The notes: generated by a model from the letters alone, not told the origin. A DNA stretch of 64,000 nucleotides from an uncultured delta proteobacterium (GCA_963847445.1 CAWJZV010000007.1:288001-352000); one strand, 5' to 3'; counted from the stretch's first letter, positions 40,985 to 55,083 are shown. Translations and numbers: made by a program.

Positions 40985-41788
40985 GATTGCCTCTCGAGCC
41001 TGCTAGTCTTTGACCGTGACAGTCACTTTATCGCCGATTTTCGCACCGGTCCGTTGCCAAGACACTACCCTTATTAATGGCAATCTCCAGTAGGCCCCAA
41101 CTGTTAAACAGACAGGCGAACGCGCCACTACTGACGTTGGCGTAAGTTGGTCACCAAACCGCTCAATTGGAACGTCGGCCAAAGGCTGACCCGCAACCGA
41201 TCCACCGGAAACCCTGTCAAATCACGCGCGCGAATGTTTGTAAATAGGTTGCCGAAGCTGTCGGCATAGATGATTTCACCTTCCAGCCGATTGTCGCTGC
41301 AAAGGACTTGCGGCATGAACAGATTCACCAATGTATCTAGTGGCTTGCCGAACTCATTGTGGGGACACCGAGGGATAGGTGTGCGGCAACCGGCGCGAAG
41401 ATGTCGCGGCCATGAAACGTATTGCTGACATGTTCCAGGTGGTAATCGGCATTGGTTAATTCGACGATGCGCTCCGGCGCTTTGCGATCCAGCGCCAAGC
41501 TCAGACGCCGTTGTCGGGTCCGACAAAATAGTTGTCCTCATGTTCGACAAGGATCGGTTTCCGAGCGCTGCCGACCCCAGGGTCGACCACGACGACATGA
41601 ACGGTGCCGGCAGCGAAATAGCGTACCGAGTGCTGCAGGATCAACGCTCCGGCCATGACGTTCTGCGCCGGCACGCCATGGGTGAGATCGATGACTTGAA
41701 CTTTCGGGTTGATCGCCGCGATGACGCCTTTCATGATGCCGACAAAAGGGTCCTGATAGCCAAAATCGGTAGTGAGCGTTATCACCAT
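40981..41788 (-). CDS. SAM hydroxide adenosyltransferase (DUF62, chlorinase/fluorinase family), frameshifted
   Basis: ITLTTDFG, VVVDPGVGSAR, GPDNG, FHGRDIFAP, DSFGNLFTNI, SWGLLEIA across frames. Confidence 0.88.
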
Positions 41789-41835
41789 GGTTGGGTGTCC
41801 GGTTGGACCATAATTCTCAGGCTGGCGGATGGGGT

Positions 41836-42783
41836 TTAAAGTTCTTCCAGCACCGCGGCAAACAGCAACGGCACCATGATCTCCATGTGGCCGGTGAGAT
41901 TGTAGCCTTTGCCGCCATGCATAGTCGGGCGGTTGACGACGTTGGTGAGCGGCCGGTAGTGCTGCAGAAAGTCGAGATTGACCGTCGTCAGATGACCAAT
42001 CGGGTGACCGAGATTGCGCGCCAAGCTGACCGCTTTCAAAAACACTTCCGGCAGCACCACGGCGGAACCGACGTTCAGGTAAATGCCGCGATCGAGGGTC
42101 GCGACGACTGAAGTGAGTGTGCGGAAGTCGCGCAGGCTGCCATCGCCGAGCGCTTTGCCATCGGCTTTCGGATGCATATGAATAATATCGGTGCCGATGG
42201 CGATATGGGATGTGACGGGAATACCCAGCCGGGCCGCGGTGGCGAGAATGCTCAGCTTGCGGTGGGTGAGACGGTGTTTGTTAATGGCTAATCCGACAGC
42301 AGCGCCGATGCCCAAGTTGTTCTTCGAACCGTCGATAATCGCTTGATTGATGAAGCTTCCAGTCTCTTCGCCCATGCCAAAGCTGCCGTCCTTGAGCGCG
42401 GCGGCGACGTCTTCGGAAGTCTCGCCCATGTAGGCGAGCTCGAAGTCATGGATTACGCCGGCGCCATTGAGCGCGATGGCATCGATGATACCGCGCTCCA
42501 TGAAGTCTATGATTAACGGGCTTAGGCCGACTTTAATCGGGTGTGCCCCCATGCCCAATACCACCGTGCGATTCTTCGCATGGCAATCGGCGATCTTGCG
42601 GGCGATCTCCTGTAAATTCTGCGCTGCAAGGATCTCCGGCAAGCCGCGTAAGAATGCGCGCACACTCGCTCCCTTGGTCAATTTCTTGCCAAGAAGCGTC
42701 GTCTGCACTTTGCTCAATCGCTTGGCGACCGGATAGGTGCGGACCTTGGTAAAATCGAGGGGTTTGAAATTTTTTCTTGGCAT
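41836..42783 (-). CDS. Conserved protein, deoxyhypusine-synthase-like fold (GSU2086-like)
   Basis: MGAHPIKVGLSP, NGAGVIHDFELA, IGTDIIHMH, GSAVVLPEVFLK, GHMEIMVP. Confidence 0.6.
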   Translation of the reverse strand: MPRKNFKPLDFTKVRTYPVAKRLSKVQTTLLGKKLTKGASVRAFLRGLPEILAAQNLQEIARKIADCHAKNRTVVLGMGAHPIKVGLSPLIIDFMERGIIDAIALNGAGVIHDFELAYMGETSEDVAAALKDGSFGMGEETGSFINQAIIDGSKNNLGIGAAVGLAINKHRLTHRKLSILATAARLGIPVTSHIAIGTDIIHMHPKADGKALGDGSLRDFRTLTSVVATLDRGIYLNVGSAVVLPEVFLKAVSLARNLGHPIGHLTTVNLDFLQHYRPLTNVVNRPTMHGGKGYNLTGHMEIMVPLLFAAVLEEL

Positions 42784-42793
42784 CGCAGTTTAC

Positions 42794-43374
42794 TTACTCG
42801 GCAGGATAAAGAGCAGCGTCGACCAGCTCGCAAATCACATGGCCGATGAGTATATGGCTTTCTTGGATACGCGCAGTATCGTTGCTCGCGCCGACGTTGA
42901 GCAGATGATCCACCTTGCCGGTCATTCGGCCGCCGCTGCCGCCCGTCAGTCCGATGGTGCGAATCTGTAGCTGCATGGCAGACTTCCACGTGCGGCAATC
43001 ACGTTGGCGGAGTTGCCGCTGGTTGAGATGGCGATCGCCACGTCGCCAGGCTTGCCCAGTGCTTGGATCTGTTTGGCGAAGACCATGCTGTAATCGTAAT
43101 CATTGGCGATGCTGGTGAGCGCTGATGAATCGGTTGTCAAAGCGATCGCGGCTAGGGGCGGTCGCTCGACCCGAAAGCGGTTCACAAACTCGGCGGCGAT
43201 GTGTTGGGCGTCGGCAGCGCTGCCACCGTTGCCGAAAAGCAGCAATTTGTTGCCCGATTTGAAAGCTACGACAACGGCATCGATAGCCTTGGCGAGAATG
43301 TCGAGATTGTCGCGCAGGAAAGCTTGTTTGACTCGGATGCTTTCATCAAAAGCGGCGACGATGGCATCTTTCAT
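42794..43374 (-). CDS. gmhA: Phosphoheptose isomerase, frameshift near 42985
   Basis: [35 protein letters not shown]. Confidence 0.92.
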
Positions 43375-43559
43375 AGCTTTTTCTCGTAGTGTTTAGTCAT
43401 TTGGCGCTGCACGCCGCGCTTGGCTAACGCTTCATCGAACCAGTCCCGGACGAGCAGCTCTTCGTCGGCGTGCTTTATCGGCGAGTAGCCTTTTTTTGGG
43501 TCGAGCTACAGTTGGTATTTCTTGCTGCCGAAAGCGCGCACGGCAGGTAGCGCGCCGGC

Positions 43560-43830
43560 TGCTGCGCTGCCGCCAAACAGCTGGCGTTGGACTTTTAAAC
43601 TCTTGCCCGGTGGTATCTTCGTAAATGTAAGAGTTGTTGACCTGGCCGGCGCTTTCCATCTGCAGGAAGGCGCCTTTACCACCCTTACGTTCCCAACAAT
43701 CGAGTTCGACGTTGCGGCTATCTTCGACGAAAAAAGTATTAATGACCGGAATGCCTTCGCTCTCCACCCACCGGTCGTAGCACGACTTGGCACCTTCGGG
43801 GACTTCCGAGGGTTGTTGTGATTCAGTCAT
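43560..43830 (-). pseudogene. Truncated cupin-domain protein (5' fragment)
   Basis: YDRWVESEGIPV...WERKGGKGAFLQM...YIYE / IPPGKSLKVQRQLF, then similarity is lost. Confidence 0.55.
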
Positions 43831-43893
43831 GGAATTTGCTTATCGCCAGCGTGGAAATTTTTATCATAGCGCTGGCGGCGATAAAAGCTCGCT

Positions 43894-45091
43894 TCAACGC
43901 CGGTAGAATTTTGCGATTGCAGCGACAACGGTTTCCTGTTGGGTGGTTGTCAACTCAGGAAAGAGCGGCAGCGCCAGCACTTGGCCGGCAGCCAGTTCTG
44001 CTTGGGGGAAATCGCCCTGCTGGTAACTTAGATCGGCGAAACACTTCTGCAAATGCAACGGCAGCGGATAGTAGATCTCACTTTGAATGGCTGCGTCGGC
44101 GAGGAATCGCTTGAGCTCATCGCGGCGTTCGGCGCGGATGCAGTAATTGTTAAACACATGGGATTTGTCCGCCGACAATGGCGGGATGGCCAATACTTGA
44201 TTGCCAACCAGTCCGCTGTCCATAAACATTTGATAGTAGGTGCGCGCGCGCTCGATCCTCGCCTCGCACCACACCTCCAAATATTGCAGTTTCACCGAAA
44301 GCACCGCGGCTTGCAGCGCATCGAGGCGGGAGTTAAGGCCGGTGATATCGTGGTGGTACTTGGCGCTTTCGCCATGCATGCGCAGCATTCTTAAACGGCT
44401 TGCTAAATCCTGCGAATGCGACGCTTACCAAGCCGCCGTCGCCGAAGCTACCCAAATTTTTGCTGGGAAAAAACGAGAAACATCCGAGATCGCCGATAGT
44501 GCCCGCAAACCTTTCTTTGCCTGTGGCGACCAGGCGCGCGCCGCAGGCTTGGGCGACGTCTTCGACGATCTGCAGGTGGAATTCCTCTGCCAGGGTTACC
44601 AAGGATCCCATGTCGCAAATCTGGCCGAACAGATGAACCGGCAGGAGCGCTTTGATGTGCGCGCCGGTTTTACCGTCGACGGTTTGGTCTTGTTTGATTA
44701 CGCCGCGGTCGCGGAGAAATTCCTCGATCTTAACCGCCGAAAGTAAATAGGAATCGCTATCGATGTCGACAAACAACGGTGTCGCACCGAGGCGGGTGAT
44801 CGAAGAGACTGTCGAGAAAAACGTAAACGGCGTAGTGATAACCGCATCGCCGCGGCCGACCCCGAGCGCCATCAACGCCAACAGCAGCGCGTCGCTGCCG
44901 GAAGCAACTCCGACGGCATGTCGGCAGCCGAGAAACGCGGCCATCTCGGTTTCGAATTGGTTCACCGCCGGGCCAAGGATGAATTGCTGTGATTCGGCGA
45001 CCGCATCGATGGCGTCGCGCACCTGATCGCGGATCGCCGCGTACTGAGCGCGCAGGTCAACGATGGGAATCTTGGGAGTGGGATTAGACAC
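43894..45091 (-). CDS. DegT/DnrJ/EryC1/StrS aminotransferase, frameshift near 44410
   Basis: ASGSDAL, PVHLFGQ, EDVAQA, FSFFPSKNLG, NSRLDALQA, YYPLPLHLQ. Confidence 0.92.
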
Positions 45092-46487
45092 TGGTCGTGG
45101 TTGCGGAGGACCGTCCCTTTAGGGCATTTTCGGCGACTTCGGAAAGCAGTTGATCGTGGTCGTGATTGAGTGCGAAGACGCGAAACTGGACGATCTTTGA
45201 CGGAATGAATTCAAATAATTCGGCCAGTGATTCCTTGGCGATTTCACCGCTCGATGGATCGTAGATGTGAATCTGTTTCTTACCCATGGCGAAAGGATTC
45301 TCCGGTCGGGGATCTTGAGTCGCCATGTCGACGCGAAATACTAGATCGCGCAATGCTGTGGGTAGACCGGCGCGAATGCGTTTCTCCCAGTCGGTGTCTT
45401 GGATCAAGTCGACGCCGTAGTGCAGCTCGTTGAGCGACAGCGTGCGATCGAACGCCATCTTCCATTTCACTTCGCGATGAAGCACGGTTTCCCATTCCTT
45501 ACCGAGCGCCTCGCGGTCCGTCTTTTGCCGCCGCCAGCGGGAGACTTCCTCAAGGAGCGACCAATCGGTCAAGTAAAGATAGTCTTCCATATGCTCCAGC
45601 GGGTTGCCGGGAAACAGCAGTTTCATGGTTTCTGGAAAGATATCGCGCAAGTGCAAGTCGATCGCCCTGGTGGTGCGATGGTAATAGACGTTGGTGTAGA
45701 GATAGAGCCGGGCGTTGAGAAAAGTCGTCAGCGCATTGTTGCCGGCCTTGTGCACCGTTAGCCCTTTGGGGGTAAAAAAGGTGTAGTGGAGCAAGCGCTC
45801 GCGATCCACCGGTCCGGGATGGACGCCGCACATGTACGAGTCGCGCGAGACGTAATCCAAGTTGTCGAAAGTAAAAATGCCGCCGGTCAGCGGTTGCAAA
45901 AAGCGCACCCACTTGGGTTTGTGGTTATCCTCCTTGCCGTTTTTCTTGATCGGAAAGGCGACATCCTCCGGGCGCAATTCTTCGCCGGCGGCGAATGGAC
46001 CGCTCGGGCTGCGGCGCAGTTGACTAATGATATCGCCCAAGTATTTTTGGATGATCGTCTGGCCCAAATCTTCATGGGTGAGATCGTAGTGGTGCAGAAA
46101 ATTATCGTCGAAAAAATGGCCGAAGGGCCCATGGCCGATGTCGTGTAGTAGTCCGACGACGCGCATGTATTGTTCGATGTAAGGTGCCGACGGGCAGTCG
46201 TCGCCTAAGACTTTGAGCAACGACGGATACAGGTGCTTGCCGAATTCGCCGGCCATATGCATGGCGCCCAAGGAGTGTTGAAACCGGCTATGTTCCGCCG
46301 ACGGGTAAACCCAACGGGCGCTTTGCAGTTGGTAAATGTAGCGCAGCCGCTGCACCCAGGGCGAATCGATCAACGCCTTTTCGGTCACCTCGCCTTTTTT
46401 CTCCGGCACGGTGAACTGAATGTAGCGGTGGATCGGATCGGCGATTAGCGCCGTACCGCCGAATTCATTATCGATCAATTGCGCCAT
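45084..46487 (-). CDS. HD-domain phosphohydrolase (YwfO/SAMHD1-like)
   Basis: DPIHRYI, QRLRYIYQL, HSRFQHSLG, LLHDIGHGPFGH, DNLDYVSRD, VYYHRT. Confidence 0.88.
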   Translation of the reverse strand: MAQLIDNEFGGTALIADPIHRYIQFTVPEKKGEVTEKALIDSPWVQRLRYIYQLQSARWVYPSAEHSRFQHSLGAMHMAGEFGKHLYPSLLKVLGDDCPSAPYIEQYMRVVGLLHDIGHGPFGHFFDDNFLHHYDLTHEDLGQTIIQKYLGDIISQLRRSPSGPFAAGEELRPEDVAFPIKKNGKEDNHKPKWVRFLQPLTGGIFTFDNLDYVSRDSYMCGVHPGPVDRERLLHYTFFTPKGLTVHKAGNNALTTFLNARLYLYTNVYYHRTTRAIDLHLRDIFPETMKLLFPGNPLEHMEDYLYLTDWSLLEEVSRWRRQKTDREALGKEWETVLHREVKWKMAFDRTLSLNELHYGVDLIQDTDWEKRIRAGLPTALRDLVFRVDMATQDPRPENPFAMGKKQIHIYDPSSGEIAKESLAELFEFIPSKIVQFRVFALNHDHDQLLSEVAENALKGRSSATTTSV

Positions 46488-46577
46488 ATTCTCGCTGTGC
46501 TCGAAATTTCAAATTCCCGATTTTCAAAAGGCTAAATCACGATGCGCGGTGTATCCGTCATGGCTTCCACGACTCGC

Positions 46578-46997
46578 TTAAAGTTCGAAGATCACCTGAG
46601 CAATCCACTGATTGCCGGTTTTCTGCATGCGGCTCTTGTGCTCCGCCACCGTGGCGATTTCCTGTTTGATCTCGTGACGGTCGGGATCGCTCTTCTCGCC
46701 GCCAACTTCGGCTTTAACGCTGGTATCTTTGACTTCGGTGATTTTGAATTCTTTAAGCAAGTAGCCGCCGCCCTGGTACAAATAGAGCAGCTCGCGCAGC
46801 CAGTTGACGATCAATTCGTCGCGGTCGGCAGCCTCGACCTCGAGGGGCAGGCGCTCTTTGACTTCGATCTTGTCGATGTCGGCCATGACGTCGAATAGAG
46901 CGCGGCCCGAGTTCACAAACAGGTCCGCCTGTGAGTTGCCTGTGATTCGCACAGCCAATTCGTTTTGGTGTTGGGTGATGCGGTATTTGTTGTCCAT
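46578..46997 (-). CDS. Archease family protein (divergent)
   Basis: LFVNSGRALF, LIVNWLRELLY, GEKSDPDRHEIKQEI. Confidence 0.78.
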   Translation of the reverse strand: MDNKYRITQHQNELAVRITGNSQADLFVNSGRALFDVMADIDKIEVKERLPLEVEAADRDELIVNWLRELLYLYQGGGYLLKEFKITEVKDTSVKAEVGGEKSDPDRHEIKQEIATVAEHKSRMQKTGNQWIAQVIFEL

Positions 46998-47003
46998 GAT
47001 CGA

Positions 47004-47309
47004 TCAGCCTTTAGAATCAAACGCGGGGGCTCTGTCTTCCTCCAAGAGAGGGTCTATTATAGATCGCCGTCCGGCAACATCGTCATCCAATAAGCGGCGA
47101 ATCTCTGGACGGTCATAACAATCAACACAAGTAAGAATCTCGGTCGGATGGGTCAATCTCAGATATCGTACGGGTGGCGCGTCACTATTAGGATTGACGA
47201 AAACGTCCCATTCGCAGTGGCCTGTGTGCAGGCGATAGTAATCGACCCAGTAGCTTTTCTGCGTGTGTACTGTGCCCCGAACTTCTCTGCCGCAGTGGTA
47301 ACACCGCAT
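47004..47309 (-). CDS. Hypothetical protein with two CxxC motifs
   Basis: CYHC and CVDC; AGGAG RBS. Confidence 0.65.
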   Translation of the reverse strand: MRCYHCGREVRGTVHTQKSYWVDYYRLHTGHCEWDVFVNPNSDAPPVRYLRLTHPTEILTCVDCYDRPEIRRLLDDDVAGRRSIIDPLLEEDRAPAFDSKG

Positions 47310-47319
47310 AGTCTCCTAT

Positions 47320-48069
47320 TTATACCCGGTTTATCAGGCTCGCCGCAAACCCGGCGCCGAAGCCGTTGTCGATGTTGCACACGGTTACGCCAGCGGCGCA
47401 TGAGTTGAGCATGCCCAACAGCGCCGATAGTCCATGAAAACTGGCACCGTAGCCGATACTCGTCGGTACCGCGATCACCGGTTTCGCGACCAAACCGGCG
47501 ACCACACTCGGCAACGCACCTTCCATGCCGGCGACGACGATTAACACCGCCGCGCCGTCGAGCTTGGCGCGATTGCCGAGCAAGCGATGAATGCCGGCGA
47601 CGCCGACGTCGAAAAGCCGCTCGACCTTGTTGCCCATTATTGTCGCCGTGAGCGCCGCTTCCTCGGCAACCGGGATGTCCGAAGTGCCCGCGGAAACCAC
47701 CAGAATCGTGCCTTTACCGGTGGCCCGGATCGGCTTAGCCGTCCAAGTTGCTGCCCGGGCGATGGGATGCAGTTTCAAGCCGAGGCTGTAGCGTTTCAAT
47801 TGCTCTATCTTGCGATCATCTAATCTGGTGATCAGAACATTGCTCTTACGACACTGCATGACCCGCACGATGGCGGCGATGTCTTTGGTTTCTTTGCCCT
47901 GACCCATGACCACTTCGGGAAAACCTTGACGCAATGCGCGATGATGGTCGATCTTGGCAAAACCGAGGTCTTCAAAAGGCAGATGGCGCAACCGCTGCAG
48001 CGCCTGAGCGATGGTGACTTTGCGCCGCTGCACGCGTTCGAGAAGTTTTTCCAGTTCTTCGGCGTCCAT
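47320..48069 (-). CDS. larB: Nickel-pincer cofactor carboxylase LarB (PurE-related)
   Basis: DHHRALRQGFPEV, AGTSDIPVAEEA, DVGVAGIHRL, AGMEGALPSV, NIDNGFGA. Confidence 0.9.
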   Translation of the reverse strand: MDAEELEKLLERVQRRKVTIAQALQRLRHLPFEDLGFAKIDHHRALRQGFPEVVMGQGKETKDIAAIVRVMQCRKSNVLITRLDDRKIEQLKRYSLGLKLHPIARAATWTAKPIRATGKGTILVVSAGTSDIPVAEEAALTATIMGNKVERLFDVGVAGIHRLLGNRAKLDGAAVLIVVAGMEGALPSVVAGLVAKPVIAVPTSIGYGASFHGLSALLGMLNSCAAGVTVCNIDNGFGAGFAASLINRV

Positions 48070-48137
48070 GGTTTAATCGTCAAACGCGTCGGTCATGATG
48101 GGCAAGGAGGCATTCTAGCGGTTCTTCCGGCGCGAGG

Positions 48138-49127
48138 CTACGGCCTTTTGAAATGGTCGTGGCCCGCTGCTTTGACTGCGATTGTGGCGCCGCTAGCGTC
48201 AACCACATGGACGCCGTTCCCAACCGGCATGCATACGCCGATCCGTGAGATCGCAACGCCAGCCAGCCGGTTAAGTTTTTCGATGCGCTTTCTCTGGTGC
48301 GGGGCGGCGCAGAAAAGTAACTCGTAATCCTCGCCGCCGCTCATAGCGCAGCGCATGCCGATTTTTCCCGCCAGCGCACGATAAGCGTTGGACAGCGGTA
48401 GTTTGTCTTGTTGGATGGTCGCGCCGACATGGCTAGCTTGGCAGATATGGCCCAAGTCCTGAATTAAACCGTCGCTAATATCGATCATCGCCGTGGGCAG
48501 ATTTCGCTCCGCCAGGAGTGCGGCTGCAGCAAGGCGAGGCGTCGGCCGGTGATGGCGCTTGCGCAATTGCGCCATAGCGGGGCTCTGCCGCAGCCGCTTC
48601 CGCCGTAGCAGCGCCAAACCCAGTGCGGCGTCGCCAAGGGTACCGGTGACATAAATATCGTCGCCGACATGGGCGCCGCTGCGGCAAATCGGTTTGCTCG
48701 GCGGATGACCGACGACGCACACCGAGATCAACAACGAATCGGCTAGGTTCGTGTCGCCACCAACGACGGTTACCCCATGCTTTTTTGCCAAGCCGTTGAT
48801 GCCGCGGTAGAGCTCGTCGAGTTGTTTGCTGTCGAAGTGCGCGGGAATGCCGAGGGAAAGCATTGCGTAAGCTGGCACACCACCCATGGCAGCGATGTCG
48901 CTGAGATTAACCGCGAGAGATTTGTAGCCCAGGTCGGCGAGGGAAGTCCATCGGAGATCGAAGTGAATGCCCTCGATCAACAGGTCGGCGGTGATGAGCG
49001 ACGATCCTTGTGGATGATCGACCCAAGCGGCATCGTCGCCAATACCTAGACGTACGCCGCGGCCCACCGAAACCATACGGCGGATTCTATCGATAAGCCC
49101 GAATTCCCCGAGCCGGCTGAGTTTCAT
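48138..49127 (-). CDS. thiL: Thiamine-monophosphate kinase
   Basis: EFGLID, GIGDDAA, NLSDIAAMGG, GGDT, DISDGL, GGEDYEL. Confidence 0.95.
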   Translation of the reverse strand: MKLSRLGEFGLIDRIRRMVSVGRGVRLGIGDDAAWVDHPQGSSLITADLLIEGIHFDLRWTSLADLGYKSLAVNLSDIAAMGGVPAYAMLSLGIPAHFDSKQLDELYRGINGLAKKHGVTVVGGDTNLADSLLISVCVVGHPPSKPICRSGAHVGDDIYVTGTLGDAALGLALLRRKRLRQSPAMAQLRKRHHRPTPRLAAAALLAERNLPTAMIDISDGLIQDLGHICQASHVGATIQQDKLPLSNAYRALAGKIGMRCAMSGGEDYELLFCAAPHQRKRIEKLNRLAGVAISRIGVCMPVGNGVHVVDASGATIAVKAAGHDHFKRP

Positions 49128-49216
49128 GAAGGTAGGCGAGCAAGCCTCATTGAGAGTGCGATATCAGTGCGTTGGAAAAATCTTTGTAGCAGCGTTGTGG
49201 CAACTGCGCTACAGTT

Positions 49217-51721
<2,505 letters not shown>

Positions 51722-51741
51722 TCCACTCCAATTAACGGCTT

Positions 51742-51771
51742 AACTTAATCACGTTGCATGGGTAGGTCAAC
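51742..51771 (-). promoter_or_regulatory. Putative heat-shock promoter of lon
   Basis: TTGACC-N12-GTGATTA, same spacing as upstream of grpE and dnaK. Confidence 0.55.
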
Positions 51772-51863
51772 CAGAAACAACATCGGCGGCAGGATTAATT
51801 GACTGGGGCTAGGGAAGTAGACTCAAATGGGCCGGTATGAGAAGAACCCTGTCTGTACAAAGA

Positions 51864-52979
51864 TTAGTCGAACAGTTGCTTCATCTTGTCGAAAAATCCC
51901 TTCGCCATGGGATTGACATCCTCACCACCGATGGCGGCAAACTCTTTGAGCAGCTCTTTTTGCTTACTGGTCAAATGTGTCGGCGTTTCCACCGTGACGC
52001 GCACATGCTGGTCGCCCTGCTGAAATCCTTGCACGTCTTTGACGCCACGGCCCTTCATGCGGAAGAGTTTGCCGGATTGTGTGCCGCTCGGGATCTTCAT
52101 CTTCACTTTACCATCGAGAGTCGGCACGTCGATCTCCGCGCCCAACGCAGCTTGAACGAAACTGATCGGCACATCGCATAAGATATCAAGATTCTCGCGC
52201 ACGAAAATCGGGTGCGACTCTACCTGGATGACGACATAAAGATCGCCAGGACTGCCGCCAACCGGTCCGGTCTCGCCCTCGGCGCGCAGTTTCAATCGCG
52301 ATCCGGTATCAACTCCGGCGGGAATTTTTACGCTCAGCGTATGCATGGCGCGCACCCGACCGACGCCGCCGCAGGTGGCGCAAGGTTCTTTGATAATCGT
52401 GCCCTGGCCATGGCATTGATTGCAGGTGCGCGAGACGCTGAAAAACCCCTGTTGAAAGGCAACCTGGCCGCGGCCGCGGCAGGTAGGACAGGTTTGCGGC
52501 GTGGTTCCCGGCTTGGCGCCATTGCCGCGGCAGGTTTCGCAGCTGCCATGACGCGGAATCTTGATCTTTTTCTCCGTGCCTGAAACCGCCTCCTCGAATT
52601 TCAAGGAGAGATTATAGCGGAGATCGTCGCCGCGCGCTTGGCCGCGGCGCCGGCCGCCGCCACCGAAGAACTCGCCGAAAATATCGCCGAAGACGTCTTC
52701 AAAGCCACCGCCGGCGAAGTCGAATCCACCGCCCGCGGGGCCACCGTCACCGAATGCCGCATGGCCAAACTGGTCGTATTGGGCGCGTTTCTGCGGGTCG
52801 GAAAGAACCGAGTAGGCTTCGGAAATCTCCTTGAATTTTTCCTCTGCCTGTTTGTCGCCTGGATTGCGGTCTGGATGATATTGCAGCGCTAACTTTCGGT
52901 AGGCCTTTTTTAGATCATCCTCGCTGGCGTTGCGGTTGACCCCGAGTAGCTCGTAGTAATCTTTCTTAGCAGCAGCCAA
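51864..52979 (-). CDS. dnaJ: Chaperone DnaJ
   Basis: HPD J-domain, G/F region, four CxxCxGxG repeats. Confidence 0.97.
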   Translation of the reverse strand: MAAAKKDYYELLGVNRNASEDDLKKAYRKLALQYHPDRNPGDKQAEEKFKEISEAYSVLSDPQKRAQYDQFGHAAFGDGGPAGGGFDFAGGGFEDVFGDIFGEFFGGGGRRRGQARGDDLRYNLSLKFEEAVSGTEKKIKIPRHGSCETCRGNGAKPGTTPQTCPTCRGRGQVAFQQGFFSVSRTCNQCHGQGTIIKEPCATCGGVGRVRAMHTLSVKIPAGVDTGSRLKLRAEGETGPVGGSPGDLYVVIQVESHPIFVRENLDILCDVPISFVQAALGAEIDVPTLDGKVKMKIPSGTQSGKLFRMKGRGVKDVQGFQQGDQHVRVTVETPTHLTSKQKELLKEFAAIGGEDVNPMAKGFFDKMKQLFD

Positions 52980-53014
52980 GGGTTTTCCTCGTGTCATTCT
53001 CGACCGGAATGAGC

Positions 53015-53056
53015 AACAAAGCCCCTCTCCACGATTTTCGGGAGAGGGGCTTTGTT
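53015..53056 (-). terminator. Stem-loop between dnaK and dnaJ
   Basis: AACAAAGCCCCTCTCC ... GGAGAGGGGCTTTGTT. Confidence 0.8.
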
Positions 53057-53083
53057 TGAACTAGGTCCGCTTAGGTCTCGATG

Positions 53084-55007
53084 TTAGTCCTTTACCTCGG
53101 TGAAGTCAGCGTCAACGACATCGTCCTTTTTCTTGCCGCCGCCGGCTCCCGCATCTTTATCGTCGGTTGTTTCGCCGGCCTGTTTTGCGGCTTGCTGCTG
53201 TGACGCCTTGGCATACATCGCCTCCGCCAACTTGTGCGACGATTGGCTTAACACCTCAGCGGCCTTACGCATGGCCTCCGCATCCTGGCCCTCAAGCGTT
53301 TCTTTGGCTTGCTTTAACGCTGCTTCGATACTTTCCTTGATGCCAGCGTCAAGATCGCTGCCGTATTCGCTGAGCGATTTTTCAGTGGAGTACACCAGCG
53401 AGTCCAATTGATTGCGCGCTTCGACGGTTTCTTTTTTCTTCTTGTCTTCGTCGGCGTGAGCTTCAGCTTCGCGGACCATTTTCTTAATCTCTGCTTCACT
53501 AAGTCCGGTGGAAGCGGTGATCTTAATCGACTGTTCTTTACCGGTGCCCAGGTCTTTCGCTGCGACATGCACGATACCGTTGGCGTCGATATCGAATGTT
53601 ACCTCGATTTGCGGCAAGCCGCGAGCCGCCAGCGGAATTCCGACCAGATCGAACTGTCCTAGCAGCTTGTTATCCGCCGCCATTTCTCGTTCGCCCTGAA
53701 ACACGCGGATCGAGACCGCTTGTTGATTATCCTGAGCGGTGGAAAACACCTGGCTTTTCTTAGTCGGTATGGTGGTGTTGCGATCGATCAATTTCGTGAA
53801 CACGCCACCAAGGGTTTCGATACCCAGGGAAAGCGGTGTGACGTCCAACAATAGGACATCTTTGACTTCACCGGTGAGAACCGCGCCTTGGATCGCTGCA
53901 CCCATGGCCACCACTTCATCCGGATTGACTCCTTTGTGCGGTTCCTTGCCGAAAATTTTCTTAACCCGCTCCTGAACTGACTGGCATGCGGGTCATACCG
54001 CCAACTAGGATAACTTCGTGAATATCGCCGGCGCTGAGCCCGGCGTCTTTCAAAGCTTGCCGGCATGGGCCTTCAGTACGGTCGATCAAGTCGGCGCACA
54101 GCGCTTCGAGCTTGGACCGGGTCAATTTTATATTGAGATGCTTCGGACCTTGTTGGTCCGCGGTGATAAACGGCAGATTGATGTCGGTTTCCATTGAAGA
54201 CGACAGCTCGCATTTGGCCTTTTCGCCGGCCTCTTTGAGCCGTTGCAACGCCATCCGGTCTCTGCGCAGATCGATTCCCTGATCCTTCTTAAACTCGTCG
54301 GCAAGGTAATCGATGATCCGCTGGTCGAAATCTTCGCCGCCGAGAAAGGTATCGCCATTGGTCGATTTGACTTCAAAGACGCCGTCGCCCAGTTCCAGAA
54401 TCGAGATATCGAAGGTGCCGCCACCCAGATCGAACACGGCGATCTTCTCGTCTTTTTTCTTGTCCAAGCCATAGGCAAGCGCCGCCGCTGTGGGTTCGTT
54501 GATGATCCGCAAAACGTTGAGACCGGCGATTCGGCCGGCGTCTTTAGTCGCCTGCCTTTGACTATCGTTAAAGTAAGCCGGCACGGTGATCACCGCTTCG
54601 GTGACTTTCTCACCGAGATAATCCTCGGCGCTCTGCTTCATTTTTTGCAGAATAAATGCCGAAATTTCTGCCGGACTGTAACCCTTGCCGCGGATCTCTA
54701 CCCGAGCGTCGCCGTTGTCATTGCCGGTGATTTTATACGGCAGCACGCTCGACGCCTTCTGCACCATTGGGTCGTCGGTGCGCCTACCGATCAAACGCTT
54801 CACGGCTGAAATGGTATTTTCTGGATTGGTAATGGCCTGGCGACGAGCGATTTGACCAACAAGACGCTCACCGCTCTCTGTAAATGCCACTACAGACGGG
54901 GTGGTCCGGCTACCTTCCGAATTGGCGAGCACATTAGGGTCGCCGGTTTCCATGATCGCAACGCAGGAGTTGGTCGTGCCAAGGTCAATTCCGATAACTT
55001 TTGCCAT
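53084..55007 (-). CDS. dnaK: Chaperone DnaK, frameshift near 53980
   Basis: [36 protein letters not shown]. Confidence 0.97.
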
Positions 55008-55053
55008 TTTGCTTGCTCCTCAGAACTCTTTCAAATCTCACACCGACGCAGGT

Positions 55054-55083
55054 TATTTAATCATCGGTTTGGTCGTTTTCAAC
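55054..55083 (-). promoter_or_regulatory. Putative heat-shock promoter of dnaK, overlapping the grpE 3' end
   Basis: TTGAAA-N12-ATGATTA. Confidence 0.5.

Noticed and set aside
40981-41788. Fluorinase/chlorinase for halometabolite synthesis
   Set aside because: Has the FHGRD motif of the hydroxide-using DUF62 branch and a housekeeping context
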